From Paraspadella gotoi (Eukaryota > Animalia > Chaetognatha), in NCBI GenBank assembly GCA_051294375.1, contig CM119269.1:4295401-4359400 (forward strand): DNA of 64,000 bases. Direction: 5' to 3'. Of this stretch, positions 14,790 to 27,703 are shown piece by piece (within the stretch, counting starts at the first letter, position 1; each line of letters begins with the position of its first letter). The notes beneath the pieces were generated by a model. That model did not search any database. It had not been told where the DNA came from and saw nothing but the letters and a program-made list of their open reading frames with translations. Made by a program: the position numbers and the translations under genes.

Positions 14790-17700
14790 CTTGTACCTCA
14801 ATTTTTAGCTATGTCTTAATTACTTTCTCTCATTAATATAATTTATAATTTTATTACTTTCTAACAGTTATACATGTCTTTCGTTCCGTTGTGATGACTC
14901 TATTATGATCGTGTGTTTAATAATGTTTATTGTTCTGAATATCTGAATTAAAATTCTGTGTAATGTGACTAATTCTCTTTTCTCTATAATTCGATTTGTG
15001 ATGTGATTCTAATTACAAATAATCTCTATTTAAATATAATTGATATCTGTGTTTTTCCTTCCATTAAAAAAAATTCTATCTATATATAATGATAGATATG
15101 ATACTATATATTGATATATCTATATTATATATATGATAATGTTACATATGACTAATTTTATCTATAATAACTCATGTCATCCTAATAAGATATATCATAT
15201 AATATCTATTAATATGATTTAAATTATGAATAATATATGATATATATATTGAATTATGAATATATATACTATATATCTATATATGATAATAATTCATATG
15301 ATAGATGATGATATATATATTTTCTATAATTTCATTTTCAACCATACTTTTCTTAAGATTCTTTCTCAATTTCAATTTTTAATTTTTTTCTTCTTTCATC
15401 TCTCAATCACGATTTTTTTTCTCTTCCGTTAATTTAACATTATTTTTTTTCTATTTAATTTAATTATTTCTTTTCTTAATACCATATTCTCTCTCAAAAT
15501 CAATGATCTTCAAAAATCTTTCACATATCTGTCATATAAAATCATATCAACAATAAATCATCATACATTCATTCTTCAATTTTCCAATAAAAAAACCTTC
15601 ATTAAAAAAAGTATCAATACAATTTGTAACAAATTCAAAAATTTAACTTCCATACTCAAATAACATTCTAACGATACCATATTATATATAAATACATTTA
15701 TTCAACATATACCTTAAATATTCTAAATCATTATATTCATATTTAATTATTAATATACTAATGTTAATAATTTCATATACAATGTTATAATAAAAAATTC
15801 AAATTATAACAATATACTCATAATATCAATAATAACTATTTTTCAATACTCATTTTATATATACCTATGTTATTAAAGTATTATTTACTAATGATGATTG
15901 TAATGATAAAAATCTTTAGAACTGTTGCCTGTATTTACTTATATATTCTTTATATCTCATTTCATATAATCCCTTACTCATAATCCAAACTTCTTACTCT
16001 CTTTTTACCACCCCAAAATCATACCTTTCCCCTTTTAAACGATTCGAAAACTACACTAACTATTATAAATTAAATTCCAAAAAAAAAAAATCTAATTTCA
16101 CTTCCTCCTTCTTGTTTACTTTTCTTCTAAAAAAAATAACAAACTCCACCACAATAAATAGTATTATTTTTAAAATTACTCCTTTTTTTATCTTCAATCT
16201 CCATAACACCGTCAACAGTTATACTACTTCTTTCGTTCTCGCATAGATATCTCTCGAATTCTAATAACAATTTATGAAGTAATGAATGCAATTGAAAACT
16301 TGTAAACTTCCTGAAAAAATCACGTTCTAAATTTTATGTTCTTGTTTTCAAATCTTCTTTCTTTTTAATTCATTACATCATATCTTACAACTCTTCATAT
16401 CATAACCACATTTATATAAACAACTCTTCCTGAAATAATCTCTTCACCATAATCTTTTGTTTTCTTCCTCAAATATCTTTTACCAATCATTTATTATCCA
16501 AATTCTCTTTAAGTTCGTTATCAAAATTTCTAAAACCCTCAAATACCTATTAAAACCAATTACTCCTTTAAAATCCTCACCTTTTACAAAACTTATACTT
16601 TACCCACATCCATTAGTATTTTTTCCTTCCTCTTTTTCATAATACTTATTCCTCCACTTTTCTTATTGTCACAATTTTCACTCACAAATATCTTCCTCCT
16701 GTCTCTCTTTCTATTTCATTCATACATCTACTCTTCCTTTTCTTCCTCTCTCCTTCTCCTCTACTTTCTTACTCTCTTCCTCTCTTTAAATTTTATATTC
16801 CCATTCGCCGCCCTTCAGCCCCTTTTATCTTCATTTTTATTCCGCTGCCTCTTAACTTATCCCTTTTTGTACGTAAAACCATGTATATTATTGTTGACCT
16901 TCCACCATCCGAATCATACATCACGTTTATTCCATTATCTTGTTTGTATTGTTATTTTGATACATATTCTAAATACTCATTATTTATACTCTCAAACAAC
17001 CTTATAACAAAATGATGTATTTATTGTCCGTTTTCTGTTGTTTACTTCTTCTCCGTCCACACACCTTCAGATTAATCCTTTGTAACAAACAACTTCGTTC
17101 TCTTATTTCGTCTTTTAGACTTCTCATGATTGTACGTGACTCTGGGTTTTTTCGTATGGTTGAACTTCCCCTTTGCTTATGTCTCATGCGATATTGGCCA
17201 TTGCTAACAACATCTTGCTTGTCCGCCAGACCCCGTTCCCTGCTCCTCCGCCGCCGCCTCTCTCTCTCGTCCGCCCCGCCGCCCCTCCGTTCCCCGTCCT
17301 TTACGTACTGTCTGTCCCTCTTCCGCGGTTCCATTCCTCTTCCCACAGCTATCCTTTTTCTCCTCTATGCCCTACGGTCACATGATATCTTCATGGTATT
17401 TGTTCCGAGGTACCTGACCTAGGCGCCTTTCATGTTTGCGTCGTCCGTCGTCGTCCTTCTTCGTACTCGTCCTCGACTGGTGTACAATTCATACTTGCCA
17501 TATACAATTTCGACCATCTCGGTATAACTGCCGAATGGCAGTGACCTGTCTCATAACAACCATTGTACTATCCCTTGATCCGATCCCATCTACATAAACC
17601 GAAGGTCCGGTGAACGGGTCGGTCCGCAACTGGGTACGTACAATATTAATATACGTGAGGATGAACGATGATTATCCATAAAACCTATAATCATTCCTCA

Positions 17701-19180
17701 GCGAAATCGTATAAGAAGAGAGAGAAGATGATGTGAGAAGTGAACCCTGATCTGATTAAAGAAGTATTTAGCCAGAATCAGTGAAGAAACTCTTAAGAAA
17801 CTTCTTCAACTTCTTTTAATTTTATCTCCCTCAATTGATGTAACAGTAGAATTTCCTTATGAAGAGTCGTGTTAAGCATGATCATCTCGCCTGATATTGA
17901 AAGGTAGAGACCGTCTCGGCTCCACTAAGAGTATATGAGTTATAAACTAATTTTATTTTGATGCCACCGAAATTAGTATAATACACATTTCGATGACGTA
18001 TAGGCTAAGCCCACGAGACAAGAAGAAAGAAACGAATATTCAACTAACCAGTCAAGATAATATCCGTACTCTCATCCTTCTTCGTTAATCCGTAGCCCAG
18101 TTAATATCATAACCGAAGTGAGACAATACATATAGGGAGAGAAGAGAATGAGATGAAGAGCCAAAGCAACCAAAAATAACCCTAGTGTACACCCGAATGA
18201 TTTTTATTACCAATTTGCTTATACGTCTGTCATCGAGATTGTTGGTGTCCCCCTGCTATTGTTCTTATGTTTAATTAGCTTAATTTCAAAGATTCCCCAT
18301 CCGATATGCCTTAATGTGGTATGTTTTTCTTTTGCGTCAGGTTCCCGATTTAGTAACCAAAGTTCCATTCTGTCTGTCAACTTGTAAATAAAGTTATAAG
18401 GATAATGCTGTTGCCTGTTGAGTAACTTCTTGATCACCTTTTTCCTAAGTAAAGGGCACCCAAAAGTTGTTGTAAGAGTCCGATTCTCTTCAGTCTTGCC
18501 CCGAAAGTACGAAGATCTATTCAATAAATAAACACAAATACTTTCTCTTTTGTCCTTGATTCCAGCCGGACCGGCCAGAATACGTCCGAACCTGATAATA
18601 ACCCATAATTATCCCAGATCGCTGCACAGTTTTAGTAAATCTAAATTCAATAATCTTCCATAAAAACATTACAGATACACCAACTCCAACCCTGATTCAC
18701 TATAATCACCTCCATAAAGTTAAAATCCCTATCCATATATATTACATTTTCCCATTTCCATCCGATGAAATCACCACCAATGCGATTCCCCTTAATTTAT
18801 TAATCCTTTTCCCGTAGAGTTTTTTCCTCACCCTTTTTCTTTACCATTTTCTCCATTTCTCTATTTACATATGTGTGCCGCCGCCCTCTCCAAGGTGCCA
18901 CTAAATGCCCCTTATCCGATTCTTCTCCATTCTAGATGTTCAAATAAAAAGTCTGCTTCTCAATACATAATTTGTTTTCATTTAATTTTTTGCTACCTTT
19001 TGTTTCCATCTACTCTCTTTCGAAATGTGACCGGATGAATTCACTCTCACAATATTCAATATATTTAATTTGAAAAATTTTTAGTCTCCTAATACAGTAC
19101 AAATATTGTAATCAGTCCACGCTTAATTTCCAATGAAAGCTTCAGGTTGAGAATGGACGATGAATGTTGCATGATGATGA
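14790..19180. other. Probable low-quality unpolished read sequence
   Basis: The duplicated arm decays progressively into G-poor, structureless A/T/C sequence with no credible ORF. Confidence 0.6.
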
Positions 19181-20517
19181 TGGGAGCATAACTGATTCCA
19201 TATTCGCTGCGACGTAATTATCTCCTTTCTACTCTTCGAAATCTTCCAGGTACATTCTCAGACCGAGCACACAAACAAGCCTTACTGCATGAACTTCCCC
19301 AACTGTGCAACGGTGCAGTCGAGTCGAGAGTTTAACACCGTCGCCGCGGCGTGCCCCCGACCTCAGCGACGAGACCGAAAGCTGCACCTCGAACCAACTC
19401 GGGATTGCGTCGCAAGGAAACCCCCCGAACGGTTCAGTTGCGGAGGTGGCGCGTGGGCGTGGTGGGAGGTCTTTGAAGCCTTGTTGACCACCTGTGTCAT
19501 AGTTTATTGTAAGTACGTCTGTTCTCGTTAAATATATGTTTGATTATAGTTCTTATTAGTCCATATTAAAATAGTTGTTCAAATTATCTCGTAGGGGTCT
19601 ACTTAACATCCAACCTTTTTTATTTTTCGATCTCAACAATAGAAACCCGACGGACAAGGAATGACGACTCCCACGAATGATCACAGGGGAACACCACTAA
19701 CGGGATGGTTGTCTTCTTTTCATCGCCGTCTTGCTTTCGCTCTTATTTCATAGGTTATGTTCGTGAGATGAGAGAGAAGGAGAGAGAAGAGAGAGATAGA
19801 TGAGAGGAGAAAGAGAAGAGAGAGAGAGAGAGAGAGAGTGAGTGAGGAGAGAGAAATGAGTGATCCTTTACCGTCTCTATTCAGAGAAGGAAGATAGAGA
19901 GTATTTTTAAACCAATCAGCAAACAATCTCCAATTTTCTTTCCTTCCTTTTCTCCTATTTTCATCTTCTTTCTCCTTTTCCTCCTCTTCCTCCTCCCTTC
20001 CCCTTCTCTCTACTCACTCCTCCTATCAGTCTCGCGATTCTTCATGCATCGTCGAGGACAAGGAATTCACTATCGTTGGGACGACTTCAAATCCGCCTGT
20101 CGTGTCCGCTCACAATGTTTACAACCGGTGAGAGTCGGTAGTACTAACGAGAAAAGTATGAAAAGTAAAAAATGCCCAAAAGAATCTTTATCTTAATCTG
20201 TCCAAACCTGTACAAAAGGCAGGACAAGATAGTTAATTTATTTTTTCGATCGTTTGTTCCCAAATCAAGTTACTAAATCAATGAACAAAAAATCTTTGAT
20301 TCGATTTTTCTCCAACTTTTCTCTTCGTTCGCAGCAAAAAAGCCGCGACAAATTTGGCTTGCAGCAAGGACGCGTCCGTCCCTCGATCGCCGAAAACAAT
20401 AAACGCACACTTGGCGAACGCTCAATTACCGATTCCGCCGTTCCATTTTGTTTACATCATTATTGCACTCATTACTTTACTCTCTACACTTCNNNNNNNN
20501 NNNNNNNNNNNNNNNNN

Positions 20518-20636
20518 AAAAAAAAAATCCTTTTTGCTAAAATCAACTTCACCAACTGTCTTCCTTTTCGCCCTCTTATTTATCGTATCAATGTATTTTC
20601 TCGGGAAAACGAGGAGTTCGAACTCAAAACTATTCA

Positions 20637-20673
<37 letters not shown>
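20518..20673 (+). repeat. Inverted copy of about 12640-12800
   Basis: TTTTGCTAAAATCAACTTCACCAACTGTCTTCCTTTTCGCCCTC is the reverse complement of about 12748-12791. Confidence 0.9.
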
Positions 20674-20676
<3 letters not shown>

Positions 20677-20844
20677 TTAGGACCATATGAAAGAAGTTTT
20701 TTTTTATAATAAACAAAAATGACCAAGTTTTTCAAAGTTTAAAACACTTGAGGTCCAAGGACACCCTTATTTATGTATTATCAATTATATCAGCCAAGTA
20801 TTTTTGGTCTCTTTTTCTTTTCTTCCCAAAAAAATCGCCCCTTC

Positions 20845-22692
20845 CCCCGGGGGGCGCTGGCTTAGGGGCGGCCCCGCGGGGGGCCCGCAGGGGTGGCCCA
20901 GGGCAAGCAAATCTTACTTGCCTGGGGGCGGCCCCCTGTAGCCTCTTTTTTTGGGCCCCAAGGCGGACACTTCCAGGGGGAATCCCCCAGGGCTAGAAAA
21001 AACCTTTCCCCTGGGCCCACCCCCTGGGGTATGAATTGCCTGCCCTCTGGAACGGCTCTCTCTCCCTCGCTATTTCTCTTTCCCTCTCCTCTCTCTTTTC
21101 TCTCCCTCTCTCCTCTCTCTTTCTCTATCTTTTTACTTTTTTTCATCTTTTAAATTAAAACATAAAATATTAATAAATAAAAATATATTTTTCACTTCAA
21201 TTAATCAAATTCAAATAAACCATTAGCTGCCCACCACAATATATGCATAATATTGGTCAACTTGCATTAATTTTAGTCAAATGACATATTTGGTTAACTG
21301 ATATATAATTTTGGTCAAAACTGTTATAATTTGGTCAACTTTTAGATTTGGTAACTTTGCCATAACTTGGTAAACTCTTCATAATTTGGTCAACTTTCTA
21401 AATTTGGTCAACTTTAACCAAATGCTCAACTGGCATAATTTGTTTAAATTTTTTGTATAATTTAGTCCAATTGCAATTAATTTGGTTAACCTCATATATT
21501 TGGGTAAACTTTCATAATTTGATAACTTTTCATAAATTTGGTCAGACTTTAACAATTTGGTTCACAACTGCATAACTTTGCGTATTTTTTAATAACTAGT
21601 CAACTTGTATAATTGGTCAACTTGCATATTTGGTCAACTTGTTATAATTTGGACAATTTGGGTTATTTGGTCAACTTCATAATTTGGTCAACAATCAATC
21701 TTACAATTAGATAATTAATTAAATTTATTTGTTAAGAAAATAAGAGTTGAGAAAAAATTTTTTTAATATAATTAAATAAATGTAACTTTCTGTTTTTTTC
21801 TATTTAAAACTCACTTTTACTTGACACTTTTTCTAGCCCACAAACAAAATTTTATTTAATTCATCAATAAAATTTAAATAGTAGAATAAAGAGTAGAATG
21901 GTTTTAATATTTTTTAACTCACTTATAAAAAAACAATATTCATAATTAATTATTCAATATCAGCTTTTAAGTCTATCCCACTAGCATTAAACTTACAAAT
22001 TATTCGTGAATTATATATAATGGAATTGAATGAATCTTGTGTGTATGGGTAGAAAAGTGTGTGATGCAGCAGATATAAAGTTTGCTCATTCTCTCTTCTC
22101 AAAACCATCAGCCTTTTCCTCAACAACATGGTTCTCTGAGCAATCTACAAAACTGATATATTAATTACAAATTCTTAAATGAAAAAAAAAATTTTACAGT
22201 TAATAATAATTGAAAAAATGTCTATTTTTTTAGTTATATAAAAAGTAAATCTGAATAGATTAAGACAGAGAGGCAAAGAGACAGAGAGAAGAAGAAAGAA
22301 AGTAAGAGAAAGAAAAAGAAAGAGAGAAAAAAAAAAAAAGATGAGAGAGAGAGAAAGAGAAGGAGAAAGAGAGGGAAAGAGAAAGTGGACGAGAGAAAGA
22401 GAGAAAGAAGAGTAACAGACAGGATAGATATTCTCAGGATAACAATAACATTGTCAGAAAATATATTTTCATATCTAACTTTGCTCTGCTCCTAACTCGC
22501 CCTGGGGGAGCACTATTTTGCTTGCCAAGGGTTACCCCCAGGGGCAGACTTTTTTGGCGCCACAAGGGGCCGCCCCAGGGTTTCCCCCTGGGGCTAACAT
22601 TTTAGTCTATTAGGGGCGCCCCCCTTATAACCATATCTGCTCCCCCTGGAATAGTCTGCCCCTGAGGCCGCCCCTAGAGCCACCCCGCGGGC
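20845..22692. mobile_element. Putative non-autonomous DNA transposon with GC-rich imperfect inverted ends (hAT-like)
   Basis: Two GC-rich blocks of about 200 bp bound an AT-rich interior. Left end CGGGGGGCGCTGGCTTAGGGGCGGCCCC versus right-end reverse complement CGGGGTGGCTCTAGGGGCGGCCTC. CCAGGG and GGGGCGGCCCC motifs recur in both blocks. No TSD resolved. Confidence 0.5.
21250..21692. repeat. Degenerate ~18-20 bp minisatellite (consensus about TTGGTCAACTTGCATAAT)
   Basis: About 20 periodic TTGGTCAACT-like units. Confidence 0.9.
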
Positions 22693-22732
22693 GGAGGGAT
22701 TTGGAGCATGACATATCGTCTATTCAGCAGGG

Positions 22733-22804
22733 TGCCTTGTGGCGCAATGGATAACGCGTCTGACTACGATCAGAAGATTCCAGGTTCGAATCCTGGCAAG
22801 GTCG
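22733..22804 (+). tRNA. tRNA-Arg (ACG)
   Basis: GCCTTGTGGCGCAATGGATAACGCGTCTGACTACGATCAGAAGATTCCAGGTTCGAATCCTGGCAAGGTCG has A and B boxes and a TCTGA/TCAGA anticodon stem. One loop base appears to be missing, probably a sequencing indel. A T5 terminator follows. Confidence 0.9.
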
Positions 22805-22807
22805 GTC

Positions 22808-22812
22808 GTTTT
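22808..22812 (+). terminator. Pol III T-run terminator of tRNA-Arg
   Basis: TTTTT starts 4 nt after the tRNA 3' end. Confidence 0.65.
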
Positions 22813-23240
22813 TACACTCAATTCGAAACTTATGTAAAATATTTTTTTTCTTGTACGGCTTTGCACTCCATTATGAGATTAAACGTTTTAATCATTCAGG
22901 CCAGATGTTTACATACTATAATTCTCGCCTAGTATGTAAAAATCTTGCGATCATTATAAAACAAGACATTTTGTAATTTCTTTCGTTTCATTGCACAATG
23001 AAATTGTTTGAAGCTAGACAATTTTATTAGTTTTCATAATAATGTATTTTTATTTTTTTTAAATCTTTTTAATTTATAATTTATATATTCTAACAAATTT
23101 TAAAAATCGTTGTTGTAAATACTAATATATTTTTCCTTCAACAATATAAAAAAAAGGTAAAATTTGAAGAATTATTAAATACTAAAAGGGTTAGGCATAG
23201 ATTAAATTTACTTACAATTCTAACTCGGCCTTAATAAAAG

Positions 23241-23310
23241 AGGTTCCACCGAGATTCGAACTCGGATTACAGGATCAGATCCTGGGTGCTAACCGTTACA
23301 CCATGGAACC
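23241..23310 (-). tRNA. tRNA-Gln (probably CTG)
   Basis: Reverse complement GGTTCCATGGTGTAACGGTTAGCACCCAGGATCTGATCCTGTAATCCGAGTTCGAATCTCGGTGGAACCT matches the metazoan tRNA-Gln pattern. The anticodon loop is 2 nt short, probably an indel error. TTTT follows. Confidence 0.85.
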
Positions 23311-23703
23311 TGGATTTTCGGTCCGAGTGTCGTTAAAAAAAATACAGGAGAGAGCGCACCACTCATCTTTACATCTATGTGTATTACCACGTTACAATCT
23401 CCTATTTTTCTTCTTTTTTTTAATTAAATTTGAGATAACTTCTTATTTTTATCTTTCTTAACTTAGATAGATACATGGTGACAATTTTACAAGCGCCGGT
23501 AAAAATACGCTGTCATTTTGCAAACCAGTGTTATTTCATTGATTTTAAAAATTAGTTGAGTAGAACATATAAAGTCATTTATGTGTTCAAAGAGTAAAAT
23601 GAGTAATTTCGCGATTTTGAATCGTGCGTCGGTTCGAACGTGGTTTAACTGGTTCATCAGTTCGAAAGGCGAATGCGGGTTTGTGTCGCTTATGTGGTCG
23701 TTA

Positions 23704-23734
<31 letters not shown>

Positions 23735-23997
23735 TGCCATCTTTCCCTGTACGCGAGATCTCAATATCGACAATATTCCTGATAATAATTCGCTCGTTTG
23801 TCAAATTCTCCTCACGGTTCTTTTTTTCTTTCTTTTCTCATCTCATATTTTTCTTCTTCTTTTTTTATCTCCTATTTTCTTTTCTTTCTTTCACGAAATC
23901 TTTCTTCCGTGAAATAAAATAAGTTTCTTTATAAATCTTTCCTCTTGAAAAAGTGAAGATCGAATAATTCAAAAGATATGTGTGAGTGTGAGAAGAG

Positions 23998-24052
<55 letters not shown>

Positions 24053-24127
24053 GACGCTCGAATGGATTTCTCCGAAGTTTGAAATGATGATCTTCATCCT
24101 TTTTAAAACAAAACCAAAGCAAACAGA

Positions 24128-24419
24128 TTTTAGGCGCTCACTTTGCCAAAGCGCCCCATTTCTTTCCTTTATTCAAAAGTTTAATTGTAACTTTAATATT
24201 TAAATCTTAATATGTTATAAAAACTTAACCTTAATCCTAATCCTTTACATCGATATAATCAATGAAACTCTAACCCATAAGCCTAAAAACCTAATTTTTA
24301 AATCAAAACCTAAATTCCTAACCATAATCACTAAATAATCACTAACCTTAACCCATATCTCTCTATACCCTTTTCTTAATTTCTAAAGGGCGCCTTGCGG
24401 AATTAAGGCCCTTTTTTTT
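24128..24419 (+). mobile_element. Helentron-associated (HINE/DINE-1-like) non-autonomous element with a degenerate CCCTAA core
   Basis: 5' hairpin GGCGCT..AGCGCC, subterminal inverted pair CAAAGCGCCC / GGGCGCCTTG, 3' stem-loop GCCTT-GCGGAATT-AAGGC, T-rich flanks and a hexamer-periodic core. Confidence 0.5.
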
Positions 24420-25064
24420 CGTATTAAAAAAGAAATAAAAAAAATATTATTCCCTGTTTTTTTATTGCCAAATTATTAAAAAAAAAAAAAAATTCATAAA
24501 ATAAACTGTGACAACAACATCCGCTTTAAATATTTCCCTTTTTTTTATCTAGCGAAAGACTCTCTCTCTCTCTATCATTCTCGATAGCATTTTTTTTCAC
24601 TGGAAGGAAACACCCGAATATCATTATATTTTAAATAGAGATTATTTTTTTAATTCAGACTCCAAACTCGAATTCTAGAGAATTTTTAATCAAGATATTC
24701 GACCATAAACATTATTAAACAACGATCATATAGACAGTCATCCACGCGAAAGACTGTCTAATGTTAGAAAAGTAATAAAGATTATAAATTATATTAATGG
24801 CAGAAAGTAATTCAAGACATCGCTAACATTCCCTTCAAAAAATTAGACAAATATTTTAAGATTTAGAGCTAATAAAAAAAATATAAATAAAACGAAACAA
24901 TGAAATAAATACATCGTGGCGCACTGTGCGAGTGAGCGTGTCCGAGAGATAGCGTAAGCAAAGCACCTTATTGAAGATCTCTTTCCGCCTCATGAGTTTA
25001 ATTCTCGATAAATTAAGTCTATCACTCTCTCTCCTTCTCTCTCTCTCTCTCTCTCTCTCTAAAG

Positions 25065-26047
25065 CCACCATCTTCTCGGGAGCCTTTGAGTACTTCAACT
25101 CAGCCCAGCGGGCACAATGCTATACGCTGGTCTCATCTTGTGTCCTCTTTTGGGTGGCCTTTCTCGTCGATGGAGCCGGGTGGTTCCGCGCGGCGGCGGC
25201 TCATCGCCTGTTGTGGGTTAGTCGAGCACTGGTCTTCCTCGGTGGCACCCTTACCTTCGTTTCTATCCTCATTCTGGCGGCGCCGGATTATCTCGGCGCC
25301 AGTAACATCAAGGAAATCTGTCCTCATTGCGGCGATCACTTCAACAAAGCCGTTGAAGACGTTTCCGAGTTTCTGATTGGTCTCTTCCTCGCCGGACTCT
25401 TTACGCTGCGGCTGCTTCCGGTTCTGCTCACTATCTCTACCGCGCTGATCCGGGCTTCGACATTGATGCTGCTGCATCCCGAACTGCAGCAGCAGACTAT
25501 CCCCGTCGGCGCGGACAATCGCCGCTCGCTCAACGAGGATGGCGCCGATTGGCACGGGGAAATAGACGGAACAACTTCGCTGCTGAATCCTCGTTGCATC
25601 CGTGTCGCCTCCGACCTTCGAGATGAAAACGCCTCCAGGTTGTTGAGAGTCTCCATCCTGCGCAAGGTCATCCTCTGGTCGAGTCTGGCGACCATCCCCA
25701 TCACCGTCCTATCCATGTCCGTCATCCATCAATTTCAAAAGGATCAAGTGACGCAAATTCTCATACTCACCTTTTGGGTCGTGCCCATTGTCATCGCTCT
25801 CGGCGGCCTCTTTCTCACCAGGAAAGGGACGGGACAAAATTCTTGGCTGTGGTACGTCTACGTTTTGTACACGGTGAACTTTTACGGTATTTTCATCGGT
25901 ATTTGCGTTCACCTTTTGTACGTTCACGAGCATTTGGATTTGCTTACCGAATATTTGAGGAAGCCCCGATTCTGGTGCGAGATTATTTCGGAAGTGTTTC
26001 TCTCCAATGTGGTTATATCTGACGCGTTGTACGCTATGCTGTATTGA
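25065..26047 (+). CDS. Terminal exon of an uncharacterised multipass membrane protein (about 7-8 hydrophobic segments)
   Basis: About 327 open codons, GC-rich relative to the flanks. A (CT)n-AAAG acceptor sits at 25064 and the stop is TGA. Contains a PDYL...CPHC loop motif. The first 31 aa of the tracked ORF are intronic microsatellite. Confidence 0.85.
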
Positions 26048-26912
26048 ATTAAAACAAATCTTCTGTGATCTTCCATTGTCTTTTAAATTGCAATGATTAT
26101 TAGGCCCGCCTAATCCATTGTTCGGAGCTGCAGCAACCAAACGAATTTTACAACAATATATCTTTCTGTGGTGGCGGTTCTTTCGAAAGACAGACAGACA
26201 GACGGAAGGACGGACATCGATTTTTTTTGCATAATTTATCATAATTTAGTGTTTTGACTTACCGACAAGCTTTTGGGGTGGGACCGACGGACCGACAAAG
26301 TGGATTATAGAGTCGGAATCTGCTGAAAACTAAAGAATAAAAGTCATAAAAGTAAAGAATTAAACCGTAAAATCCTAATAGGATAAATGAGATGACAACT
26401 ATTTGCAGAAGATGAACTGATTACTAAAAATATAGACAATAAAAGAAAAACAAATGACAAAGAAGAATATACGGTAATGAATAACATGTTTACAAATGGA
26501 TCGTTCGAAGTTCTGAGATGGAAAGGTCAAAATAGAATTGTCAATGATTGATCCTTATGACGGTTTTTATGGATAATGACGAATGATGATGATGATGATG
26601 ATGATTATGACGGTGACGATTTTGAAGATATTGATTTTGAGAGCAAAAAAGAAATATGGTTAAGAAAAAGAAAACACTACATTAAAAAATTAAATCGAAA
26701 AAACAAATAAAACTTCAAAATTCCGGAAGAGAAAAAAAATGTGGATTGAGAGATGAAAGAAGCAAACTGAAAAAATTGAAATTGAGAAAGAAATTTAAGA
26801 AAAGTCAAAATGGCTTGAAAATGCGAAAATTTCTCGCCCACTATCTCTCTCTCTCTCTCTCTCGATAAACTTTTCGGCCAAAGCTCAGATCGACTATATT
26901 TTTCACGAAGCA

Positions 26913-27703
26913 GGAATGGACGCTTTCCTGGCCAGCAATTCGAAGTGATAAAGAATTTAATCATAATAACATCCCTACTTCAGCCATTTATTTGTCTGCA
27001 TTCTGTTGTTATTTGGAGCCAATCCACTGGCAAAGATATAGTTTTCATGGTTTTAAACGTGTGTCTTTGGATTTGGATCGTGATTCATCATTTATTGATC
27101 ACTCTTATAAAACGAATGAAAATCGGAAAAGGTGGGATCATACTTATACAGATGATATCCTTTTTACTGGTCTATCTCCCACTTTGCGCTTATATTTTGG
27201 GCAAAGAAGGTACAATGAATTTCATGGATTTCTCTTCTTTTAACATGAAGGCCTTCCTTGCCTCATTTTTCTGGAGCCTCCACCTTTCCTTCACTATATT
27301 GAATATTGTGAGCGTCACTTCTGAAGCAGAATCAACCACAGACAATTCCCTGCCCAACAATCTGATTGAAAGATTCTGCCAAGACGAATGCTACATTTGC
27401 TACGAAATCTCGAACAACTGGAAAGAATGGTTAAGAAAAAACGTGCGCTTGCTCCATCGACTGCTGTTGTTTTTGATGGAATGGGAAGAATACTCCAACC
27501 CTATGACAAACGGTTGGAGGGTTTCCTTTCGGAGATTCTTCCTTTCGATCGGCGTCATCTGTTACACCAAAGTGGTCGCGGATCAGCTTGAAGAGACTAT
27601 GGTAATTATGTGATCCAAAACGCTTTTAGCGGATTGACTCTTTCAGTCTTGGCCTATGTTTTTCTTGTAATGTTTCAAGGCTTTGGTAGGAGGGCTGTAG
27701 ACA
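26913..27703 (+). CDS. Exon of an uncharacterised multipass membrane protein with a probable 1-bp frameshift near 27590
   Basis: 222-aa ORF with several TM segments and a CQDECYIC motif. A shifted frame continues RDYGNYVIQNAFSGLTLSVLAYVFLVMFQGFGRRAVD. A CAG acceptor lies near 26912. The ends are uncertain. Confidence 0.65.

Larger units (their letters stand above)
12803..14790 (-). repeat. Left arm of an inverted duplication; noisy copy of 22705-24558
   Basis: Colinear reverse-complement match throughout, e.g. ATATTTAAAGCGGAATGTTGTGTCACAGTTT versus AAACTGTGACAACAACATCCGCTTTAAATAT. This arm carries many single-base insertions. Confidence 0.95.
22705..24558 (+). repeat. Right arm of the inverted duplication (cleaner copy)
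   Basis: Reverse complement of 12803-14790. Confidence 0.95.

Noticed and set aside
17012-17422. 136-aa ORF, and other ORFs in 14.8-19.2 kb
   Set aside because: They lie in probable raw-read noise and show no motifs.
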